Virus record (IMG/VR): IMGVR_UViG_3300009678_000079
Span: 1 to 44,487 of that record
Strand: one strand, 5' to 3'
Origin: a virus
Lineage: Duplodnaviria > Caudoviricetes
DNA length: 44,487 bases
Shown here: positions 20,101 through 27,635 of the stretch, in pieces
How the letters are laid out: every line of letters starts with the position of its first letter
Position numbering within the stretch: the stretch's first letter is position 1
Position numbers and translations under genes: made by a program
The notes under the pieces: generated by a model
What the model saw: only the letters and a program-made list of their open reading frames with translations
What the model was told of the DNA's origin: nothing
Databases searched by the model: none

Positions 20101-20775
20101 TCCATCGACTGACGTGGCGGCGGCACTGGCGGTATTCGCATGGGCATCTGCCGACGTAGCCGCTGCCGAAGCAATCTGCACAAGAGAGGCAAGCTCGGCC
20201 GATACGGACACAACGCGCGCCGAAACAGTGTTGGCATGTGCGTCGGCGGACGTTGCTGCGGCGCTCGCCGTATTGGCGTGTGTGTCGGCACTTGTTGCAG
20301 CGGCGGACGCAATTTGGACGAGAGATGTCAGCTCAGCGGAGACTGAAACGACTCTGGCTGAAACCGTGTTGGCGTGTGCATCCGCCGATGTCGCCGCCGC
20401 TGAAGCCGTCGAAGCATGAACCTCCACCGCTGATACCGCGTTGCTCACCACATTGATCGCGACGCTCAAAACGTTGTCGGCGGAAACCCGATTGGAAACC
20501 TCGCTGGCAATCGCTGAGGCCGCTTGCGCCGAGATCGCTGAAGCCTCAGTGCTCGTCACGCTGCCAGCCCCGCCTGTCGCGCTATTCGCTGAAACCCGGT
20601 TGCTGAGAACATCGTGGATCGACGTGAGGTTGGACAGGCCGTTGCTGACGACGTTGATCGCCGCCGCCAGCACGCTCTGAACGTTGCTGAGTTCTGTGGA
20701 GGTGACGCTCTGAGTTCCTGGAGGGCCAGTGAACCCGACGACCTTGAGCCGTCCTTGTGAGTCGTAAACCTTCAT
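17167..20775 (-). CDS. Long Ser/Ala/Thr-rich fibre protein (1202 aa): coiled-coil repeats, two internal globular beta domains and a C-terminal beta-sandwich head
   Basis: Repeated HANTASAAATSADA and GLQSxxNALSNRIS units; two related ~120-aa beta domains at about 19560-19925 and 18270-18640; position in tail module. Confidence 0.8.
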   Translation of the reverse strand: MKVYDSQGRLKVVGFTGPPGTQSVTSTELSNVQSVLAAAINVVSNGLSNLTSIHDVLSNRVSANSATGGAGSVTSTEASAISAQAASAIASEVSNRVSADNVLSVAINVVSNAVSAVEVHASTASAAATSADAHANTVSARVVSVSAELTSLVQIASAAATSADTHANTASAAATSADAHANTVSARVVSVSAELASLVQIASAAATSADAHANTASAAATSVDGRIASLSAALASISVRSVGDVSTHGLQSAFNALSNRISGVTGGTGSVTSTELSAAVEGLKFLNLTNEDNAAVSAGGPVFLVASATSAFHLATNVGNPGDQDAVGLATSLIGIGSVGVVQTRGVLSLTSAQWDDTTGQTGGLTTGSKYYVNIAGKLTVTPPVSGFIRPVGTAIAPTKMLVNPGLVDDFGPFLASISALSTDGSSVKGLQSAVNALSGKINFVSNAASIADVHASTASAAATSVNAHVNTVSARVVSVSAELVSLVQIASAAATSADGHANTASAAATSADGHANTASAAATSADAHANTASAAATSVDGRVTSVNAFISGISARSAGNVSTHGFQSVVNALSGRIDAVTGGSVTSNELSAASAQAASAINVVSARVVSVSAELASLVQIASAAATSADAHANTASAAATSVDARVNSVNVFISGISALSVGGISTHGLQSVVNALSNRISAVVAGAASVTSTEASAISATAAANLSADHFISLQNVDTVSLVYGMPVIVFTSANTMRRSRVSPWDSASAQAFGLVADAAIAVSAVGRVQYRGTMPFTSAQTRSIASGASAFTIGGIYNVTGVGVIGTAHTTGNFGITRIGVALDTRTLLLQVGGYPVDQNLSDKISILSQTVSVLSTQVTSINTALSGVSALSAGGASTHGLQSIINALSNRISAVVGGTGSVTSTELSAVSAQANSAINVVSARVVSVSAELASLVQIASAAATSVNSRATSINARLDAVSAASVGASVQGLQSALDALSNTASNEASVRAAISANVTSLQSTVSHLASIVSLVSTVSGAGTAVGLQSVINALSNRISAIPGAGSVNAVAFVSVAQVICAAALTNISGMTVSVSTGVLYELRGQIMYSVSAATGNGFGLTFPAMTNAAGDIWGVRSVNPTSAVSGFSLYVPGAFDGGDSGSIVWSCDATGTAGLHVVHIAGTFLVSTGGVIVPGARASVATNAVTIARGSWMRVFKLS
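17900..20420 (-). repeat. Protein-level repeats in the fibre (14-aa HANTASAAATSADA; VSARVVSVSAELASLVQIASAAATS blocks), codon-diversified at DNA level
   Basis: Clusters at about 20110-20420, 19160-19420, 18845-18970 and 17930-18010; near-identical peptides with differing synonymous codons. Confidence 0.9.
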
Positions 20776-21095
20776 GGCGCCACCTCGACTCCGTGCACGG
20801 AGAAGTCTACGCTAGTTGCGTTCGTAGTCTCTGCCTCAAGCTCGTCTCCGGCATTCAATGTTCCGATGTCCTCCTCGTGGGCAAACTCATCCAAATCAAG
20901 CTGGGCACGGGAAAACAGCCGGCTGACGCTGCCCGACTTTTTGACGTAGAGGTTCAGGTTCTCGGTAACTCCACCCACATTGCCAAACGCCACATTGCGG
21001 ATGATCGCCTGCAACCCAACCGGCACCGTGTAGATCGTTGCCTTGGCCGCCGCGAGTTGGCCATCAGCGAGAAGTTTTGGGGTGGTCGTTGCCAT
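20772..21095 (-). CDS. Small beta-rich tail/fibre-associated structural protein (107 aa)
   Basis: TIYTVP...LNAGDEL...VHGVE pattern common in small phage proteins preceding fibres; ATGA overlap with the fibre gene. Confidence 0.65.
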   Translation of the reverse strand: MATTTPKLLADGQLAAAKATIYTVPVGLQAIIRNVAFGNVGGVTENLNLYVKKSGSVSRLFSRAQLDLDEFAHEEDIGTLNAGDELEAETTNATSVDFSVHGVEVAP

Positions 21096-21096
21096 C

Positions 21097-21462
21097 TCAA
21101 AGGTTCATCCACACCAACACCGGATCGCCTTCTCCGGGCGGGCCTTGTTCTCCCTGCGCTCCTGTGGCTCCGGTAGCCCCTGTGGCCCCAGCGGCTCCAG
21201 TCGTCCCCGGCAACGTCGTGCATTCCACCACCGCCGGTTCCGCCGCTGCCGCAATGCTACCGTTGATCTGCGTCAGCATCCGGTGAAACGCCTGCTGGTC
21301 GCGCTCCTCCTTGAGCCGTAGCTGCTGGAACCATTCCTGCACCCCTGGCAGCTTCCGCATCCGCTCCGGCGGCTCCGGGATCTTGTCGAGGTGAATCTCA
21401 ACAAGCTGGTCGCTTCGCAGCTTCAGCCGCGAGAGCTTCATGGCTTTGTCGGTGATCGCCAT
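21097..21462 (-). CDS. Hypothetical virion protein with short collagen-like Gly-X-Y run
   Basis: GTTGAAGATGATGATGAQGEQGPPGEG. Confidence 0.7.
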   Translation of the reverse strand: MAITDKAMKLSRLKLRSDQLVEIHLDKIPEPPERMRKLPGVQEWFQQLRLKEERDQQAFHRMLTQINGSIAAAAEPAVVECTTLPGTTGAAGATGATGATGAQGEQGPPGEGDPVLVWMNL

Positions 21463-21732
21463 TTACGTCGCTGGTTCAGCCTTCCACGCATCCCCATCGT
21501 CCGGCTTGTCGAGTTTTTCAGCGATGAGGCTTGCTGCGTCATCGGATGTGTTGTGCTCTACGAATTCACGGGCCATCGCAAGGCGGGCATAAAAATTTCC
21601 GGCGCCCCTCTTCGAGCATTTGGTGAGGCCGCCCTCCATCCAGGTGCCCATGATCTGCACGCCGTCAAAGCCCATTTCGTAAAGAGCCAGCGCCGCCCGT
21701 TCAAGAGCCTTTTCGGCATCGCTGTTCGTCAT
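21463..21732 (-). CDS. Hypothetical protein, GNFYAR family (paralog of 32499-32777)
   Basis: FDGVQI...GAGNFYARLAMAREFV. Confidence 0.7.
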   Translation of the reverse strand: MTNSDAEKALERAALALYEMGFDGVQIMGTWMEGGLTKCSKRGAGNFYARLAMAREFVEHNTSDDAASLIAEKLDKPDDGDAWKAEPAT

Positions 21733-21734
21733 AA

Positions 21735-22367
21735 CTACGGAGCATCATGCTGTCCCCACCCTTTGACAAGTTTATGAATCGCCGAGAACATCCCGCCACC
21801 ACCGATCCCGGTAATCCGAAACCTTACGGACAGATATTTTCCCCGCACCCACGTCGGAAAATGAAACCCATCATCTGGCCTTGTCCGATCCGCCGCGTGC
21901 TGCGCCGCGCTCTTGGCGCTTTGACACTCGAACTCCAGCGGCCTCACCGCCTTCCACGTCATGCAGCCCGGTTGATTCCCGAACGCCACATCGCACTCCA
22001 GCGGCGCGGGCGTTGACGCGGGCAGCGGTTCCGCCTCCAAGGTCGCCCGCTTCATCATCTTCTCGTCGTCGCTGCGGTAGGATTCCGAGCCCTCCTGGAG
22101 CACGGTGTCGTAGCCGTCTTGGACGTAACAAGCGGAGTCACAGCCATAGAGGGAATCCTCAAGATAAACACAGGCCGGATCGGTGCAGCAGACTTCGACG
22201 GTCACACCACAACCGCCGCCTTCAATGAACGCCTCCACGGTTGGGCCAAGAGCGCCCGTCGATAAAAACCGAATCCGGCCGTTCTCAAGGTCAAGCTGAT
22301 AATCAATGCCTTCAGCCAAGAGTTCTGCGGCTTCGCACTCTGCGGCGGCTGGAACTTCGCACGGCAT
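21735..22367 (-). CDS. Probable C-terminal part of the tail nozzle / DNA stabilization protein, encoded separately (210 aa, 11 Cys)
   Basis: EKMMKRATLE and terminal VRGKYLSVRFRITG strand pattern typical of P22 gp10 / T7 gp12-like C-termini; LAEGIDYQLDLENGRIRFL motif near the N-terminus; TAATG overlap. Confidence 0.55.
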   Translation of the reverse strand: MPCEVPAAAECEAAELLAEGIDYQLDLENGRIRFLSTGALGPTVEAFIEGGGCGVTVEVCCTDPACVYLEDSLYGCDSACYVQDGYDTVLQEGSESYRSDDEKMMKRATLEAEPLPASTPAPLECDVAFGNQPGCMTWKAVRPLEFECQSAKSAAQHAADRTRPDDGFHFPTWVRGKYLSVRFRITGIGGGGMFSAIHKLVKGWGQHDAP

Positions 22368-23392
22368 TACGTCACCTCCCGAAGCCCCACCAAGCTATGC
22401 TGAACAGCCCACTTCTTTGTTGGTGTGAACACGAAATCAATCGGGGAATCGAAACCTGTCTTCACGGTGATGGAATCAGCGGATGCCGGGTCTATTACTA
22501 TCACGGTATCATCCTTTCCACCGGGAACATAAACCTTTCCATCCACACTGTTCCAAAGCGCCCGGCGCGGCCTGGCATCTGCCCTTCCCGTGTCAATCAC
22601 TGTGGCTGCGCCGGCAGCCGTAGCTGGAATCTTCAGCACATTCCGCGTGTTGCACACCACGTAGTAATTGTCGTTTACGAGGTCGTGCGCCAGACCATAT
22701 CCGGTTTCACCCGTTGCAGCCCAGTTCGCGGTTGTGAAGTTTGTGGCAAATGCCGCACCAGCGTAGTTCCTGACGCTCTGCCTTCTAACCACCGAGAGCG
22801 AGCTGTCCGATGCCTTGACAACAATCTGGCTTTCTAAAGTTGTTGTTGGACCATCGGCATTTATGCCGCTCACGATGGCGTCTGTGAGCGGGTTGTACTT
22901 GTGCGCGTTGATGTTTGTTCCGGCCTGATTTCTTCCGATGAGATAGACGAACCCGTTAACGTAAACCATGCCGCACGGCCCGGAACCAAAGTCATCGTCG
23001 ATGTCAAAGTTGGTATCGTAGAAGTTCTCAAGCACCAGCGTGTCGGGATTTATTTTGAAGATTCCCTGAATGGGATCGGTGCCGTCCGCCGTCGGTTCGT
23101 GCCAGTACGAGCAGTAGAGTTTGTCCACGTTCGGGGCGAGAACGATTCCAGCCGTATCCCATGTCGGGAATGTGTAGCGAGAGCATAGAATCAGGGCGCC
23201 CGTGGCGGCGTTCAGCTTATACACGTACCCGCCGCGCACCGCAAAGATGACATCCCTGCCAGAATCGTAAATGGCAGCATTAAGAGGCATATCTGAAGAC
23301 ACCGCTTCGCCTTGCCGCTTCGCCCGCGCCGTAATCGACCGGCAGCCGATGACGCCAAGGTCTATCCACTGATCTAGGACAATCGCTGGCAT
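22367..23392 (-). CDS. Beta-propeller protein (YVTN/YncE-like, 341 aa)
   Basis: Repeated blades: VYKLNAATG, KLYCS, FKINPDT, GKVYVPGGKDDTVIVIDPAS, TGFDSPIDFVFTP. Confidence 0.75.
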   Translation of the reverse strand: MPAIVLDQWIDLGVIGCRSITARAKRQGEAVSSDMPLNAAIYDSGRDVIFAVRGGYVYKLNAATGALILCSRYTFPTWDTAGIVLAPNVDKLYCSYWHEPTADGTDPIQGIFKINPDTLVLENFYDTNFDIDDDFGSGPCGMVYVNGFVYLIGRNQAGTNINAHKYNPLTDAIVSGINADGPTTTLESQIVVKASDSSLSVVRRQSVRNYAGAAFATNFTTANWAATGETGYGLAHDLVNDNYYVVCNTRNVLKIPATAAGAATVIDTGRADARPRRALWNSVDGKVYVPGGKDDTVIVIDPASADSITVKTGFDSPIDFVFTPTKKWAVQHSLVGLREVT

Positions 23393-23406
23393 GGTTCATG
23401 GTTCAT
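23390..23406. repeat. 7-bp tandem repeat (ATGAACC-ATGAACC-ATG on the minus strand) joining stop and start
   Basis: catggtt catggtt cat; contains the nozzle TGA and three ATGs, one in each frame. Confidence 0.9.
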
Positions 23407-25388
23407 TCCGTCGTGAATTCAATCGTAACGCATGGCGCAGGCTCGAAGGCTAACTTTTCCCTGAAAAAATAATCCTCCTCGGCCTGTTTCAGCGTAAAAT
23501 CCTCCGCGCTCGCCATGATGAACGTGTCTGGCGCGGCGCAGTCCCGGCAGAAGTCATCGAGGGTTTTGCCTTGCAACCGAGCGCAGAGCGAATCGGGATG
23601 CACCGGCAGGTCCGCGTCTTCGGTCTGGTTCCGCATGTAGAGCGGCGGGTTGGCCACCTCGTCCACGTTGCCGGGACAGATTGAGCCATCCCTCGGCCCC
23701 ATCGCCACCTGCGTCCCGCGCTCGCAAACCCCGAGATCCTCCAACCACTGCCCAAAGGTCGGCCTCAACTCCTTGCGGAACGTCTGGAAGGCCGTGAAGC
23801 CGTGGTCCACCAGATCCGCCGTGGCGAACTTCAGGTTGAAGCGCAGCGTCACATCGGGGCAGACGTTATCGCCGCTTGGCCAGGAGAGGTACGCCTCCTT
23901 CGTCCGCTCGTTGTAGCCGCCGGTAACGAGGTTGCACATCTCCTCATTGATGCGCTCGTACGTCGCGTCATCCTCAGAGATGCCAAGGAAGATCATCCCG
24001 CAGGCTTTAGTGATCCACGGCACCATCACGGGGCGCGTATCGAACTGCGTAAAGACCCAGCAGTCGCTCTCGCCGAGATACAGGTGCATGTCCCCGGCGT
24101 TGATGAGGGAGTACTTATACTTCAGGGCATCGCCCGTGGACTGGGCACCCTTGTAGATGTCCTCGAAATTAAACACGTCATCGCCGCCCACGAGACTGCA
24201 CCGAACGATGCGCTTGTCCGTGTAGAAGATGAGCCAGTTCCCAAGTGGCGCAGCATTGAGGATCGTTTCGCCCACGGCAATCGTGGCGAACCCGGCAAGG
24301 CTCGTGTCGCTCTCGATGAACGAGTTCGGATCTTCAAAGTCCGACCACCGCACGTCGCCGCCCTTGCGCTCGCCGGCCTCCTCGTAGTCCCAGATGAAGA
24401 GGAAGCCCTTCCATTCGATGGCGCCGCCTGCCCGCGTTATCCCGAGAGCAAGCAGGTCAGAAATCGGCTGCATCGCTTGTTGGCTGCACTCATTGGGATC
24501 GGAACCAAGAAGGTAGATGAGGACAGGATCGAAGTTGTTCGAGAAGATGAGGTAGCTTCCGAATTTAGCAAAGATGCCCCTCATCGAGTTGCAGGTGCAT
24601 TGCAGGGCCGTGTAGCCCGAGTTCCCAAGGCCGTCCGCGAGGATTCTCCAACTCCCTGAACTTTGGTTGTACTCGTACACCCGGCTCATCGTTGCCGCGA
24701 AAAGTTTTCTTCCAGTCGAGAGCACCAGTTCCCCGAGGGCGGTTATGGCCTCTCGGCATCCCGGCCGGAAGAAAGTGTAGTCCCCGCAGTAGATGTAGTC
24801 GTAGGCAAACTCAGGGGAGTACACCGGGAAGCCCGGCCCGTAGGGGTAGCTCTCAAAGTCCTGCTCAGGAATGAACGTCGGGCAGGAGACGTAGAAATAC
24901 GACAGCGAGTAGTAGTTCGGGTACCCAATGTTGCAGGCGCCTGGGATCTCCGGGGCGATGACGTAGGGGTATCCAACAAATGGATAGAAGATGTCGCACC
25001 CGCCGTAGCTCTCGCCGTAGTCAGGGTAGTACGCCGGGCAGTAAGGCCCAGCCGCAGGAGCGAAAAAGTTATGCGCTGGGATCGTGGTTGCCGGGTACTG
25101 GTAGGGATAACCAAGGCCGCTTTGATCTCCGCCACCCATCGCGTGGCCGACGTAGGAGCCGTAGTAGGACTGGTGGTCGATGAGTTGGTCGTGTAAATCG
25201 CTGTTGTTATAAGGGTTTATGTCTGCAAATAATCGCCTCCAGCCGCCTGCTCGCTGCCTATTTCGAGTCGCCCGAGTAGTCGCGTTCTTCACTAGGCGCC
25301 ACTGGCCAAACCCAACCTCATCGGGACTGCTCAGTGTATCGAATACCCCGGTCGTCGGCTTGACAGTTATTGTCTTGAAGTCTGGCAT
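23403..25388 (-). CDS. Tail nozzle / DNA stabilization protein, N-terminal part (P22 gp10-like), with Tyr/Pro/Cys-rich insertion
   Basis: GVFDT...WRLVKN N-terminus, propeller blades, DVRWSDFEDP, LGNWLIFYTDKRI; lacks the expected C-terminal beta-sandwich. Confidence 0.7.
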   Translation of the reverse strand: MPDFKTITVKPTTGVFDTLSSPDEVGFGQWRLVKNATTRATRNRQRAGGWRRLFADINPYNNSDLHDQLIDHQSYYGSYVGHAMGGGDQSGLGYPYQYPATTIPAHNFFAPAAGPYCPAYYPDYGESYGGCDIFYPFVGYPYVIAPEIPGACNIGYPNYYSLSYFYVSCPTFIPEQDFESYPYGPGFPVYSPEFAYDYIYCGDYTFFRPGCREAITALGELVLSTGRKLFAATMSRVYEYNQSSGSWRILADGLGNSGYTALQCTCNSMRGIFAKFGSYLIFSNNFDPVLIYLLGSDPNECSQQAMQPISDLLALGITRAGGAIEWKGFLFIWDYEEAGERKGGDVRWSDFEDPNSFIESDTSLAGFATIAVGETILNAAPLGNWLIFYTDKRIVRCSLVGGDDVFNFEDIYKGAQSTGDALKYKYSLINAGDMHLYLGESDCWVFTQFDTRPVMVPWITKACGMIFLGISEDDATYERINEEMCNLVTGGYNERTKEAYLSWPSGDNVCPDVTLRFNLKFATADLVDHGFTAFQTFRKELRPTFGQWLEDLGVCERGTQVAMGPRDGSICPGNVDEVANPPLYMRNQTEDADLPVHPDSLCARLQGKTLDDFCRDCAAPDTFIMASAEDFTLKQAEEDYFFREKLAFEPAPCVTIEFTTE

Positions 25389-25407
25389 CTCGCGTTTCTA
25401 AATTGGC

Positions 25408-25444
25408 GGCACGCCCAACAGCGGTTGAAGCTGTGGGGCGCACC
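25408..25444 (-). promoter_or_regulatory. Strong RNA hairpin 19 nt upstream of the nozzle start codon
   Basis: GGUGCGCCCCACAGC-UUCAACC-GCUGUUGGGCGUGCC: 15-position stem with G-U pairs and one mismatch; no U-tract. Confidence 0.5.
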
Positions 25445-25466
25445 TGAACAGTCGCAACCTTGTTGA

Positions 25467-25670
25467 GAAAGGCCACGCATAATCGGCATAAAGAGCCCGC
25501 GCGGCACGGAGAATGGGAACGCTAAACTTACAGATGATGGAGTGCGTAAAATTCGTGAGCTTCTTCACCTGAAATTGAAACAGCGAGACATCGCTAAAAT
25601 GTTCGGCGTCCATCAAAGAGTTGTCTGGATGATCAAGCACAACCTTGGGTGGAAGCACGTCACACCTTGA
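25467..25670 (+). pseudogene. Antisense remnant of an HNH homing-endonuclease C-terminal helix-turn-helix domain (not in the ORF track)
   Basis: Frame reads PRGTENGNAKLTDDGVRKIRELLHLKLKQRDIAKMFGVHQRVVWMIKHNLGWKHVTP*; in-frame TGA at 25464 and no upstream ATG. Confidence 0.75.
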
Positions 25671-26310
25671 TAAACGGGTACAAAACAACGCAAGGATGCA
25701 CCACATTAAACGGCTGCCCACCCCCCGTCTCCTCGGTGAAATCCGCCTGGTAGTCGGCGCCTGCTCCGATTGAAACGTTTTTCCCACCACCAGCAGACAT
25801 CCTCCCGAACATCTCTGTCAACGGCGGCTCCGGCGCGTGATCGTGCGCTGGCATCTCGGCGATGGTCTGGAGGTGCGTTTCCTCGCCCACCTGCGGTGAG
25901 TTGATGTCGCGGAAGGTTAAACCTGATCCACTGCCTGCGCCGATAGGGGATCTCCCTTGAATGTCCGGCACGTTGAACGTCGTGCTACCGTCGCCTGCGC
26001 CGTACCGTGTCCCAATCGCGCTGAACAACGCCGCGTAGGTGGTCCGGGACACGGCCTGACCGTTGGCCAGCAGCCAGCCATCCCCAGCGTTGGCCGATGC
26101 ACTGTAGGAGACGAATCCAGGTGGCAGAAGGAAGCTGGCGATCTCCGTCTTCGCGGCGGTGGAGATTGCTCCGTCAGAATCCAGGAACCACGAGAAGAAG
26201 TCGCAGAGGAGTTGGGCGAGCCCAAAGAACTTACTTACCTTCACGCACAGGTCGGACTGCTGCGTCGGCACGGCATCACAAAATTGAGATGGCGTTACTG
26301 GGCTTGGCAT
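25660..26310 (-). CDS. Phage tail collar domain protein (216 aa)
   Basis: GWLLANGQAVSRTTYAALFSAIGTRYGAGDGSTTFNVPDIQGR, GEETHLQTIAEMPAHDH, PCVVLYPFIKV. Confidence 0.92.
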   Translation of the reverse strand: MPSPVTPSQFCDAVPTQQSDLCVKVSKFFGLAQLLCDFFSWFLDSDGAISTAAKTEIASFLLPPGFVSYSASANAGDGWLLANGQAVSRTTYAALFSAIGTRYGAGDGSTTFNVPDIQGRSPIGAGSGSGLTFRDINSPQVGEETHLQTIAEMPAHDHAPEPPLTEMFGRMSAGGGKNVSIGAGADYQADFTEETGGGQPFNVVHPCVVLYPFIKV

Positions 26311-26313
26311 AGC

Positions 26314-27165
26314 TTAAGAGTAAGCTGGTGTTGGGTACAGATTGTGGGTATCAGCCATGAGCTGCTCCACCGCACCGGAGCAATCTCGCTTCGCCTCAGT
26401 GTCGTGCTCTTCCTGATAGCGATACCGCATCGTCCGCAGGTTCACCGTGTACGCATCAAAGTAGAACTTCGATGTCCCGGTGTCCTTCTCCTTCATGGCG
26501 ACCTTGTGCTCCACGTAGTTCGTCACGGCCTCGCGAAGCTGCTGATCCACAGGAACAAGATCCACCCCGTTCCACTTGCGGTTTATCCCCTGCCACTGAA
26601 CCAGAAGGTTGTAACCGCACGGGAACCTCGGCGCCGCGTAGATCTTGTAGTCCGGCCCGACGGCGAAGATCCTATCGTCATCGTCGAGACTCTTGAACTT
26701 ACAGTCATCCTCCGACTCCGTGAGAAGGTAAGGTGGTCCACACGCCTCATCCCCTTCCAACCAGTAGTTGCAATAAGGAGAGTCATAGATCTGGTGCGAC
26801 GGCGGATCGGTCGCATTGCAGAGCGTGCATCGCTGCCGCTCCAACCAGCAGTCCAGCGCCGCAGTCGAGACTCGCTGGTAGTAAAACTTCTGGCAGTCCT
26901 TGCCGGGCTTGTACGCGAAAACCTGCGTCACCTTCCCCACCGGACCCGGAAAGATCGATGCCGCGCAGAACTCATTCACGTCCTCCTTAGTGATGAACTG
27001 GAGGTTGAACGAGCGGAAGCCTTCGATGAGGGTCTGGATGTCCGAGAGCGCGTTGCCCACCTGATCCCGGAAGTAGGGCACCAACTGCTCCGCCAAATCC
27101 TCCGGCGCCACGAGCTGCTGCACCGTGGAGCGAAACGTGTCGAAGGGTTGGTATTCGATGGGCAT
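26314..27165 (-). CDS. Probable head-tail adaptor protein (283 aa, 10 Cys)
   Basis: Position between capsid and nozzle genes; helix-beta-helix layout ending REAVTNYVEHK. Confidence 0.55.
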   Translation of the reverse strand: MPIEYQPFDTFRSTVQQLVAPEDLAEQLVPYFRDQVGNALSDIQTLIEGFRSFNLQFITKEDVNEFCAASIFPGPVGKVTQVFAYKPGKDCQKFYYQRVSTAALDCWLERQRCTLCNATDPPSHQIYDSPYCNYWLEGDEACGPPYLLTESEDDCKFKSLDDDDRIFAVGPDYKIYAAPRFPCGYNLLVQWQGINRKWNGVDLVPVDQQLREAVTNYVEHKVAMKEKDTGTSKFYFDAYTVNLRTMRYRYQEEHDTEAKRDCSGAVEQLMADTHNLYPTPAYS

Positions 27166-27635
27166 TACGGCTTGGCAACGATATTCGGAGAGATGTTGGC
27201 TGTGGGCGGCGTGATGAACTGCGTGGGGCTCGGAATCTGGATCGGGTCGGGCATCGGCGAGGTGTCATGCCGGCCATTGAGCGCCGTGCCATCCCTGCCC
27301 ATCTGCGGCCTGGCGAACATCCCACCGCGCCGTCCACCAGGATTAGCGACGACCTCCACAGCACGCCGATCTTGGGGGAGGGGGTGCGCTTTGAGTTCGT
27401 GCCGCTGATGAGGCGGCTTCGAGCTGTCGCGCAATAGATTCTCGGTGATTTTTTTTTGAGATTCCAGATCGTACTCCTCCTTCGTAATCCCAACGACGCC
27501 GCCGCGTTGCTTGGCGATGCACTTGTCGAGTTCGTGGATCAGGCTCTGATCCTCCGTCGCCAGAAGGTCGAAGCGGAAGGGCTGGCCGAAGACTAAAATT
27601 GCCTGATCAGGGATTTCTTTGCGGTACCATTTCAT
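27165..27635 (-). CDS. Hypothetical protein (156 aa)
   Basis: Start reassigned to ATG 27635 (ATGA overlap with the HNH stop); TAATG overlap with the next gene. Confidence 0.7.
   Translation of the reverse strand: MKWYRKEIPDQAILVFGQPFRFDLLATEDQSLIHELDKCIAKQRGGVVGITKEEYDLESQKKITENLLRDSSKPPHQRHELKAHPLPQDRRAVEVVANPGGRRGGMFARPQMGRDGTALNGRHDTSPMPDPIQIPSPTQFITPPTANISPNIVAKP

Noticed and set aside
17167-20775. Fibre repeats as a diversity-generating retroelement template/variable pair
   Set aside because: No reverse transcriptase in the window; differences are synonymous and not adenine-specific
22367-23402. Group I/II intron or intein explaining the split nozzle
   Set aside because: The interval is fully occupied by a beta-propeller ORF, with no room for a ribozyme core and no intein motifs
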